Source of the DNA: Candidatus Methylomirabilota bacterium
GTDB taxonomy: Bacteria; Methylomirabilota; Methylomirabilia; Rokubacteriales; CSP1-6
Length of the DNA stretch: 64,000 nt
NCBI GenBank assembly: GCA_046726415.1
Contig: JBKPAK010000189.1
Location: 11,453 to 75,452 of the forward strand
Reading direction: 5' to 3'
The notes beneath the pieces were generated by a model, which had not been told where the DNA came from, searched no databases, and saw nothing but the letters and a program-made list of their open reading frames with translations. Made by a program: the position numbers and the translations under genes. Below are positions 1-8,269 of the stretch, piece after piece; the first letter of the stretch is position 1; each line of letters begins with the position of its first letter.

Positions 1-579
1 ATCGGATGGTGACTGCCACGCCGCGAGCAGAAAGCGGTTGACACCCCAGTGGAAACCGTTGACACCATGGTCCGGCGCGCCGGACACTCCCCTCGGTGTT
101 TGGTCTCACCGATGCGGTGCGGCGTGTGGCTGTCGCAGGCCTCCGGGCGCAGCTACGCCGCGACAACGCCGGGGGCAAGGTCGCGTTCTGCGCGGGCCCT
201 CGACGCAGTCCTGTGGCCCCTTCCCGGCGACCCAGGTCTTTGGCCTTCAACGGCAGGGCATTCGGTCACTTCAGCCTCCGTCCCGGACTGGTGTCTGGCC
301 GCCGCGTCGGTTCTCGACGCGCGCCGATGCCCATCAGCGCCCATCATCTCCAGCGGGGCAGGCTGGGTTCTGGAACCGAAGATCCTCGGAGCTTTCTCTT
401 GGTGCCTTCGCTCTTGCCCTGTGGCACCTGACGAGGCGTTAGCCGTGTCCCGGTTTGAGCGGGGAGTGGCTGTCCTGTCCGTTCTGGCGATGCAGGCCTC
501 CTCTGAGTCAACGAGGGTCCGACGCCGATCTCCAAGCTGCTGCCGTCGGCGATCGAGGCCATCGATGAGCCGCGGCGTC

Positions 580-867
580 AGGAACACGAATCTCATCCGC
601 TTGCGGGCCATCGATCCTGTTGTCCGCCGCCGCGACCACAACCCTTTCGCTCGCTCGCGCACCAACGAGGCGGACTTGAATAGTGGGCGCGAGAGTGGGC
701 CGGCTGAGTGGCTTCTTGGAGGCGGGGGTGGCTCTACAAGCGAGATCGAGGTTGGGCTCAACCTCGATCGGGCGCAGACGCGTCAGGTGTGGACACTCAA
801 CGCCTTCGTCTTCAACGTGCACGATGCGGGCGGCGTCGGTGTGGCCGCGCCGCTCATCGAATCCTAG
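580..867 (+). pseudogene. Possible 3' remnant of an O-antigen polymerase/ligase-like membrane protein
   Basis: The end of ORF 49..867 reads WLLGGGGGS...WTLNAFVFNVHDAGGVG, like the 'LLGxGxG...N..(D/E)xGxxG' end of Wzy/WaaL proteins. It stops 11 bp before the flippase. The upstream part of the ORF does not look coding. Confidence 0.25.
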
Positions 868-878
868 GGCGCCGCGCG

Positions 879-2333
879 ATGAACACTGCGAATCGCCTTC
901 TCCGCAACAGCGCATGGCTCATCACGGGTCAGGGCTGCGCTCGCGCCATCAACTTTGCCTACGCGGTGTGGCTCGCCCGGACGCTCGGCGTCGACGCGTT
1001 CGGGGCCTACTCCTTCGTCACGGTCACCGTGCTGGCAGGTGGCCTGATGAGCGACGCCGGTCTGAGTTGGCTGACGGTCCGGGACATGGCGAGAGCAAGC
1101 GTGTCATCTCGATTCCTGGTCACGGTCATCGCGCTTCGCGCAGCCTGCAGCCTCGGCGGGTACATTGGCCTTGTGTTCATCCTCCGCGCCTTCCGCTATT
1201 CGCCTGACCTCGTCTGGCTCGTGGTGCTGGGCGGCCTCTCCCTGTTGCCGGCCGGGTTCGCTCAAGTTGCTGAGGCCGTGTATCAGGCCGACGAACGGAT
1301 GGATGTGGTGGCGGCTCTGCAGAATCTCAACGTGGTGCTGAATGCAGGGCTCGGCTCGGCAGCCCTGCTCACGGGCGCTGGCCTCGAGGGAGTCGTGGTC
1401 GCGTGGGTGGGTGCCTCGACCGCTCATGCCGTCGCCTATGCCGCGCTGCTACGGCCCCGCTGGAGGCCGTTTGCGACAGGTGTGCATCTCTCCGAGGCGC
1501 GGTCGATCCTGCGCGCGGCCGCACCGTTCGCCGGGCAGGCCTTGCTGAGCGTCGTCTACTTCCGCGCCGGACCCCTCACGGTGGGCTGGCTGCGCAGCGA
1601 GCGAGAACTGGGCATCTACGCCGCCGCCTATCGGGTGGCCGAGGGTCTGACTCTCGTTCCCAGCATGTTCACGATGGCGCTCTTTCCGATCATGGCGCAG
1701 CTGCACCGCGACAGTGCCGACGCCCTGGGTCGGTTGTACCTAGCGTCGCAGCGGGCCTCGGCCGTCATCTTTGGCCCAGTGGTCGTGGTCGGGGTCGTCT
1801 ATGCCCGCGAGCTGGTGGATCTTCTCTATTCCTCGCGCTACGCCTTGGCCGGCGATCCCCTCATGCTCCTCATGGCCGGCCTCATGTTCGTCATGCTGCA
1901 TGCATCGACCAGCGCCGTGTTGTTGTCAGGGACCGCGCTCGGCCCCGTAGTCCGCCACACCGGCGTGGTGGCTGGGCTCAGCGTCGCGCTGAACCTCGCC
2001 TTCGTTCCGTTGGGGGGGGCAACCGGAGCGGCCCTCGCGAACGTTCTTGCTCAAGCCGCTACGTGGCTGATCTTCCTTCGCCTCATATTTTTGCGCCTCC
2101 CCATCGCGCCGGGCGCGTTCCTCGACGCGGTCGGCAAGCCGGCGATCGCGCTCGCGGTGTTGGCCGGTGTCCTCGCCATAGGCAGAGTGTGGGCGCCGAT
2201 CGGCGGCCCCGTCCTGGGGTCTGGCGTGTACGCGTTGGCGGTGTGGCGACTCGGCATCATTCGGCCCGAGGAAGCCCTTCTCGTGCGCCAGCTCTTGGCT
2301 CGAGTCCTGCTGCCCTCTCTCCGCCGAGGCTGA
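879..2333 (+). CDS. wzx: Polysaccharide flippase (Wzx/MOP family)
   Basis: ATG at 879 (MNTANRLLRNSAWL). Contains ARTLGVDAFGAYSF and LGIYAAAYRVAE, with many hydrophobic segments. Lies next to glycosyltransferases. Confidence 0.9.
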   Translation: MNTANRLLRNSAWLITGQGCARAINFAYAVWLARTLGVDAFGAYSFVTVTVLAGGLMSDAGLSWLTVRDMARASVSSRFLVTVIALRAACSLGGYIGLVFILRAFRYSPDLVWLVVLGGLSLLPAGFAQVAEAVYQADERMDVVAALQNLNVVLNAGLGSAALLTGAGLEGVVVAWVGASTAHAVAYAALLRPRWRPFATGVHLSEARSILRAAAPFAGQALLSVVYFRAGPLTVGWLRSERELGIYAAAYRVAEGLTLVPSMFTMALFPIMAQLHRDSADALGRLYLASQRASAVIFGPVVVVGVVYARELVDLLYSSRYALAGDPLMLLMAGLMFVMLHASTSAVLLSGTALGPVVRHTGVVAGLSVALNLAFVPLGGATGAALANVLAQAATWLIFLRLIFLRLPIAPGAFLDAVGKPAIALAVLAGVLAIGRVWAPIGGPVLGSGVYALAVWRLGIIRPEEALLVRQLLARVLLPSLRRG

Positions 2334-2400
2334 CGATGCGCCCGGACCGCCACTCCTCCCCCCGCGATGGCCACATCGGGCCGGGACGAGAGGAGCCACA

Positions 2401-3372
2401 GTGCGTGACGGCGGAGCCGGTCGCCCGCCAACCCATGCTCGGCGCGCGAAACGAGGAGGAGGCCGCACCATCAACACGGTGACGGTGATCATCGTCAACT
2501 GGAATACTGCCGACCTCGCGCGCCGTTGCATCGAATCCGTGGCCGCCACCACCTCCGTTCCCTGGGAGATTGTCGTCGTCGACAATGCCTCATCCGACGA
2601 CAGCGTCACCGTGATCAGGACGAGCTTCCCGTGGGTCCGGCTCGTGCAGAATTCGTCCAATCTGGGCTTCGCCCGGGCGAACAACCAGGTGCTGCGGGCG
2701 GCCGGCGCGGAGTTCGTCTTGCTGCTCAATCCAGACACGGTTGTGCACAACCACGCCATCGACGGCATGGTGGGCTTTCTCAGGGAGCGACCACGGGCGG
2801 CTGCCGTCGGCTGCATGCTCCTCAACGAGGATGGGTCGCTGCAGCCCTCCTGCCGCAGCTTTCCCTCCCCCCTCAAGCATCTGGCGGAGGTACTGCGTCT
2901 GCCGCGGCTCTGTCGGCACGTTCCCATCCTGAGCCGGCAGTATGTCTTGGCGTGGAAGCATGACGAGGTTCGCGCGGTGGACTGGGTCTCCGGAGCCGCC
3001 CTCATGATGCGTCAAGAAGCGATCCGCGACGTGGGAGTGCTCGACGAAGACTACTTCATGTACGGCGAAGAACTCGATTGGTGCTTTCGCGCGAGGCGCA
3101 GGGGCTGGCTGATCTACTACATGCCCGACGCCCGGGTCACGCATCTCGGTGGCCGCAGCACCGCCCTTGCGGCGCCGGCGATGTTCATCCACAGCTATCG
3201 CAGCACGCTGCGCTTCTACCGGAAGTTCTACTCGCCAGCCGCGGTCGCCGGCTTGCGACTGGTCGTCGCCCTGCGCATGGCGGCAAGGGCGGTGAAGTTA
3301 CTTTTGCTCGGGCCGCCAGACGCGCGCACGACCCACCTGAAAGCCTGTTGGACGGTCCTGCGGCTCCGGTGA
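2401..3372 (+). CDS. Family 2 glycosyltransferase (WbbL-like)
   Basis: Motifs VIIVNWN, VVVDNASSD, NLGFARANN, LLLNPD, VDWVSGAALM and FMYGEELDWC. The true start may be slightly downstream. Confidence 0.93.
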   Translation: MRDGGAGRPPTHARRAKRGGGRTINTVTVIIVNWNTADLARRCIESVAATTSVPWEIVVVDNASSDDSVTVIRTSFPWVRLVQNSSNLGFARANNQVLRAAGAEFVLLLNPDTVVHNHAIDGMVGFLRERPRAAAVGCMLLNEDGSLQPSCRSFPSPLKHLAEVLRLPRLCRHVPILSRQYVLAWKHDEVRAVDWVSGAALMMRQEAIRDVGVLDEDYFMYGEELDWCFRARRRGWLIYYMPDARVTHLGGRSTALAAPAMFIHSYRSTLRFYRKFYSPAAVAGLRLVVALRMAARAVKLLLLGPPDARTTHLKACWTVLRLR

Positions 3373-3399
3373 CTCCACGGGCGGGGCACAGGCAGGTTC

Positions 3400-3655
3400 A
3401 ACTGACGCAGTGCAGAGGGAGCGATCACCATATCGAACGGTGCGCTCAGGATTGCGACGACCTTGTCCAGGTGGTCGAGGTGGGCCGAGAGCTGTCTGAT
3501 GAGGAACGCGTGATGCGCGCGGAAGCGTCCGGCCAGGGCCTGTCGGGGAAGTCGTCGGCATTGTTGCCCAACGTCCCACAGGCCAGCCCGCCCCCGCACG
3601 GCGGGCCCGGCGGTTCCCGCGACTAGGTCTCCAACATGGCGCGGCCGCCCGTGGA
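3400..3655 (-). mobile_element. IS110-family transposase remnant
   Basis: Across a frameshift the minus strand reads GRAMLET/LVAGT...RQALAGRFRAHHAFLIRQLSAHLDHLDKVVAILSAPFDMVIAP, which matches the central helical region of IS110 transposases. No catalytic N- or C-terminal domain is present. Confidence 0.65.
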
Positions 3656-3988
3656 GGGCCCGCCAAACGAATGGACGCCTCGCCCCGGCGCGGGATAGCT
3701 TTTGGGCGATGGCATGCTCGTGGGGACCGACCCCTGCCGTGCGGCAACGGGATCCGGGGGGGCAGAAGGCCAATCGGGGGCGAAACTGCGCCGCAGGCAG
3801 GCGCGGAAGGAATAGTCCGCTATGCCGCCCAAGTCTGAGGGGCTGGTGCGTTGGGCTTGCCACGCTGATCCCACGGGACGAGTACGGCCTGATGCCCTCC
3901 TGAGGCTGATGAGGAGCCGAGGACTGGACCTCGGCCACGGGCGAGTGCACGGGCCTCCTGTTGCACTGGGCATTCATGGCCGCACGCC

Positions 3989-4753
3989 ATGATTTCGGGG
4001 CGAAAGGTGACGGTCGTGATGCCCGCGTACAACGCCGAGGCGACGCTCCAGAAGACCGTCCTCGAGATTCCGAGGAACGTCGTCGACGACATCATCGTCG
4101 TGGACGACCAGTCGCGTGACCGCACCGTCGACGAGGCGCGGCGGCTCAAGCTCCACACGATCATCCACCCGAAGAACCGCGGCTACGGGGGGAACCAGAA
4201 AACCTGCTACGCGGAGGCGCTTCGGCGCGGGGCGGAGATCATCGTCATGGTGCATCCCGACTACCAATACACCCCGCGGCTCATCCCAGTGCTGGCCGCC
4301 TGCATCGGAAGCGGTCTCTACGACGTGGCCCTCGGATCGCGCATCCTCGGCGGGCAGGCGGTCGCCGGAGGCATGCCGCGTTACAAGTACGTCAGCAACC
4401 GCTTCCTGACCGCGGCGGAAAACCTTCTCGTTGGTGCGAAGCTCTCCGAGTACCACACCGGCTACCGGGCGTTCTCCCGACGGGTCCTGGAGGAGGTACC
4501 GCTCGAGGAGAATGATGACGACTTCGTGTTCGACAACCAGATGCTCTTGCAGGCCATCTGGTTCGGCTTCGCCATCGCCGAAGTGACCTGCCCCGCGCGC
4601 TACACTGAAGAGTCCTCGTCCGTCACGTTCCGGCGCAGCGTCGTCTACGGCGTCGGCGTGTTGCGGGCGGCGGTGCTGTTCCGGTTGGCGCGGCTGGGCC
4701 TTGCTCGACCACGGTTCCTGGCACGCAACGGCCGAAGGCTCGCGTTGAGTTGA
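3989..4753 (+). CDS. Family 2 glycosyltransferase (DPM1/polyprenol-phosphate glycosyltransferase-like)
   Basis: Motifs VVMPAYN, VVDDQSRD, NRGYGGNQK, VHPDYQY, GSRILG, EYHTGYRAF and DDFVFDNQML. Confidence 0.93.
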   Translation: MISGRKVTVVMPAYNAEATLQKTVLEIPRNVVDDIIVVDDQSRDRTVDEARRLKLHTIIHPKNRGYGGNQKTCYAEALRRGAEIIVMVHPDYQYTPRLIPVLAACIGSGLYDVALGSRILGGQAVAGGMPRYKYVSNRFLTAAENLLVGAKLSEYHTGYRAFSRRVLEEVPLEENDDDFVFDNQMLLQAIWFGFAIAEVTCPARYTEESSSVTFRRSVVYGVGVLRAAVLFRLARLGLARPRFLARNGRRLALS

Positions 4754-4835
4754 CCCGCTGCTCGGTGTGCGGCGGCGCACTCGCGCCAGGGCTCGCCGGG
4801 GTGCGCGATCGTGAGACCGGCGAGACCTTCGATGC
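4750..4835 (+). pseudogene. Truncated N-terminus of a Zn-ribbon class I SAM methyltransferase-like gene
   Basis: The TTG start overlaps the GT2 stop. MTRCSVCGGALAPGLAGVRDRETGETFD resembles the CxxC...D...F start of glycan-locus methyltransferases; similarity then ends abruptly. Confidence 0.4.
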
Positions 4836-4950
4836 GGCCCCCTCTGGCATAGCCTCGAGCATGAGCCGGAACCCCCTCACGCGCATGATCTCGGAGACGG
4901 CGCATCGCGCACATCAGCTCCGCCGATCGCCCGCGCTGCGCCCTGAAGCG

Positions 4951-6549
4951 TTACTCGAGCTCCCAGAGCTCGAGGCGCTCGAGCACCTCGCCTCCCCACG
5001 CCCACGGGAGCAGGCCCCAATAGTTCGAGTAGAAGCCGGCCCCGAGCGCGAAGCTCATGATGCGCCCGCCGGGGCGCGCGTCCTCGATGCGCGCGAGCAG
5101 CCTGCGCTGTGGGAAGCGCCCGATTCCGTCGCCTAAGCTGCGCAGGCTCGAGACCGCGAGGTCGCCGCGCTCCGGATACGGTGGCGTCGAAGTGAGCGGA
5201 CGCGCCCCGGCTCGCTCCGCGTACCACTGGAAGCCCCAGTGGCCAGCGAACCATACGCGCCGGCCCGCGGCCACGTGGGGCGTGATCCATTCCGCGGCGG
5301 CGCGCCGCCCGAGCTCCGCGAAGGAGGCGTCGGCGTGCAGGATCGCCACGCCTAGCGCGACGCCCGCCGCCACGGTTGCGCCGACGAGCACGCGCGAGAA
5401 GGCGCGTGACCGAAGGGCGACCGATCGGCCGATCAGAATCGCCGCGGCGGGCGCCGAGGCGAGCAGATATTTCGAGGGCATGTGAGGATACGGCGTGACC
5501 GCGAGAGGAAGCAGCAGCCACAACCCGAGCACGAGCTGCACCGCATCGCGGCGGCGGAAACCGTCGGCGAACACGTCCCACAGCGCGCTCGCGGTGAGGG
5601 CGATCACGGGCACGAGCCAGAGGAAGCGGCCGTCGCTCGCAGGGAAGAGCACCAGTGCTAGGCCGAGGGCAGCGACGCAGAGGAGCGGCTGTCGCACGAG
5701 CGCGCGCCAGCGGAGCGCCGCCCACGGGAGCGAAAACGGCAGCACGAGCGTCCAGTGCACGCCAAAGGCCGCGACGTTCGACGCGAGGTTCTTGAGCGAG
5801 CTGAAGGTCTGCGCCGCGCCCAGCCACGCGCTCGGCGCGCCCTCGGGATCGCGGGTCAGCAGCGTCAGCCCGACCACCGCCGCCGGCGCGAGCGCGATCG
5901 GGAGGAACGCCATGAGCCGCGTCTTGCGCCAGCTCGCGCGCGCGAGGAAGTCCCGGGGTAGCGCCAGCGCCGCAATGGCGAGCAACAGCAGGAGATGCGG
6001 GCGCGCAAGCGCAGCCAACGCAAGCGCCGCGGTCGCGACCAGGCATTGGTGCCCGTGCTGGTCGTCGCGCCAGGCGAGCACGCGCTCCAGTCCGAGCGCG
6101 CCGAACGCCATCGCCGGGATGTCCGGCATGGCAGTACCGGCCATAGCTAGCGCGGCGGGGGTCGCGGCGAGCAGGAGCGCCGCCGCGCGCGCCGCATCGG
6201 GCGATCCTCCGAGGCGCAAGGCGAGGGCCGCGGTCGCGGCGATCGCCAGCGCCAAGAGCAGGAGCTGTTCGAGATGCGCGATCCACTCGTGTCCACCGGA
6301 CGCGACCGACGGCACGAGCAGGTACGCCATCCCCGGCCCGCTCGGCATGATGGCCGACATGCGGCGCGGCTCGGTCGACTCCGACCACACCATCTCGAAA
6401 GCCGTTGGGTGCACCGGATCGTTGAGCAGCTGCTCCGCCTGCCGCAGAAACATTGTGTCGTCGATCGTGAAGGCCTTGTCGAGGAACGGGACGAGGACCA
6501 CGGTCGCGAGGAGCAGCGCCGGCGCGGCGCAGCGAAGCGCGCTCAGCAT
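4951..6549 (-). CDS. GT-C fold membrane glycosyltransferase (ArnT/PMT, GT39/83-like)
   Basis: ATG at 6549 (MLSALRCAAP). A first TM segment is followed by the diacidic motif KAFTIDDTMF. Also AMPDIPAMAF and KYLLASAP, about a dozen TM segments and a soluble C-terminal tail. Confidence 0.75.
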   Translation of the reverse strand: MLSALRCAAPALLLATVVLVPFLDKAFTIDDTMFLRQAEQLLNDPVHPTAFEMVWSESTEPRRMSAIMPSGPGMAYLLVPSVASGGHEWIAHLEQLLLLALAIAATAALALRLGGSPDAARAAALLLAATPAALAMAGTAMPDIPAMAFGALGLERVLAWRDDQHGHQCLVATAALALAALARPHLLLLLAIAALALPRDFLARASWRKTRLMAFLPIALAPAAVVGLTLLTRDPEGAPSAWLGAAQTFSSLKNLASNVAAFGVHWTLVLPFSLPWAALRWRALVRQPLLCVAALGLALVLFPASDGRFLWLVPVIALTASALWDVFADGFRRRDAVQLVLGLWLLLPLAVTPYPHMPSKYLLASAPAAAILIGRSVALRSRAFSRVLVGATVAAGVALGVAILHADASFAELGRRAAAEWITPHVAAGRRVWFAGHWGFQWYAERAGARPLTSTPPYPERGDLAVSSLRSLGDGIGRFPQRRLLARIEDARPGGRIMSFALGAGFYSNYWGLLPWAWGGEVLERLELWELE

Positions 6550-7238
6550 CGGGCCACCACACCTCGCCCGCGCCTCGCGCGCGGGGCCAGCCGCAGCCTG
6601 ACCTCGCTCAGCCCGCAGGGCAACGTCTCGGGGAGGTCGCCGCACGCTGCTCACCTTGCGACGCGCGGCGCGGCCCGCCGTGACTGGGATCGCGATGGCG
6701 ACGGCGGCGGACACGCTGAGCAACGAGGCCGTAATTGGCTCAAGCAGGGATTGTCGGCTCCACATCTGCATGGCGTCAACCATCTGGCGGCCGTGTCTCC
6801 CGGGGTTGGGACGGCGTTGGACACTGAGCGTCCGTGCGGCACTGCCGACCGCCGACCAGGCGACGTTCGACCGGCTTCTGCGGCCGCGGCGGCGCGGGCG
6901 CCAGCCCCGCCCGCTCGCCGCCTCGTCGCCGGCCTGTGCACCCAGGTGCCCGTCCGCACCCAGGGCGGGTGGACCGGCGTCCCCCAGGGGCGGTACAGAG
7001 TGGTCTTGTCTTGCATTGCGGCGAGGCCACCGCGGAGTATAACCTCACGACCTTCGTCGTAGTGGACGTGGCCTCGATGTGGACCGAGCTGCTGGCGATC
7101 CGGGGCCGGCCCTATCACTGCGTGAGCGATGGGATGGAGTATGCCCGCCGGCCCTTCCCGTTCGCGATCCGCGAATGGCGCCATAACGGCGGCGAGTCCT
7201 CAACGAACTCTTGATCGGCGGGTGTCGCCGGCAGCAGG

Positions 7239-7555
7239 GATCCGTCCTTCTTCCGGGCGCTGGGCTCGTCGGTCGTCCTTGCCCCCAGCACCGCCCAGGT
7301 CGACGGTCCCGACAATGGCCGAGGAATCGACTTCACTTCCCTGAGAGGTTGCGAGGAGCTGATCACCGGTCAGGCCGGAAAATTCTGGTTCGACCGACCC
7401 AACCGCGAGCGCGCCGTGATCGTGTTCGAGCATCGAATCGAGTCCCCAGAGACGATCCTCCCGACCGTTCGCTCCGGGGCCTTCAATTCTGGCCGCAAGC
7501 GGCTCCTCGAGAGTAGCCCTAGATGCCCTGCGGGACCGTCGATCCCGGCATCTCC
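7239..7555 (+). pseudogene. Degenerate, internally deleted copy of part of the YfhO gene (9941-10387)
   Basis: Shared exact words ATCGACTTCACTTCCCTGAGA (7326 and 10028) and TGATCGTGTTCGAGCATCGA (7417 and 10248). The match is collinear, with roughly 130 bp missing and the frame broken. Confidence 0.85.
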
Positions 7556-8033
7556 ACTTGTCCAAGAGGCGCTAGCCACGAGGGACGACCGGTGCGGGCG
7601 TTTGTCCCAATTTTTGCCCCTGGCCGAAGGAATCGTACGATACGGGGCGAGATGGATGGCGTCAATCATACTGGAAGCGCCGGCGGCGTGGAGCGTGACC
7701 CGTCGGTGGCGCAGGCGTGTGAGCCGCAACGCTGCCCGCGATCACAGATCCGGCACGGACGGGCGTCGCACCCTGCGACGCGCACTCGCGGGCGACGCCT
7801 CAGGCTCGCCGCGGAGGCGTTCCCGGGTTGACGTTCGCCATCAAGCTTGTCCTCCTTCCGCTCGCGCTGCTGCCGGTCCTCGCGCGCCGCCGCCGCGGCC
7901 TTCGGCGCTCGCGATCTCGTCTGCTGGCAACTCTGCGTTGACGCTCGGCCTTGCCCTGCTGCCGATCGGTCTGGCGCGAACGATCCGCGAACCGCGAACG
8001 GGGCGCGTCGCTCGAAGCCTGGTCGCCCACCGC

Positions 8034-8150
8034 GCCAGCATGATCGTCTCGGGCCGTGGTGACATCCTCGCCGAGGCGAGCGCTACCGCCGAGGACATGG
8101 TGGTCGCCGACGTCGATCTCGCCGTGCTTTCCGGGCTCCGGGAGCTCTGG
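8034..8150 (+). pseudogene. C-terminal fragment of a carbon-nitrogen hydrolase (nitrilase superfamily)
   Basis: ASMIVSGRGDILAEASATAEDMVVADVDLAVLSGLRELW matches the typical 'S.IV.P.G.VLA.A...E.LVVADIDL....R' ending. The rest of the gene is absent. Confidence 0.5.
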
Positions 8151-8269
8151 GCTACCACGGTCACCGAGGGCCGGACCCGCGCCGGCCCGGTGGCCGACGC
8201 CTCGGCCTGCGCGCTCCATCCCAAGGCATCGTCGGCGCGGCCGGTGGAGCGGTCTCCGCACGCGATGTC

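Noticed and set aside
1-579. Protein-coding gene at the window start
   Set aside because: None of the six frames gives a recognisable protein; left unannotated.
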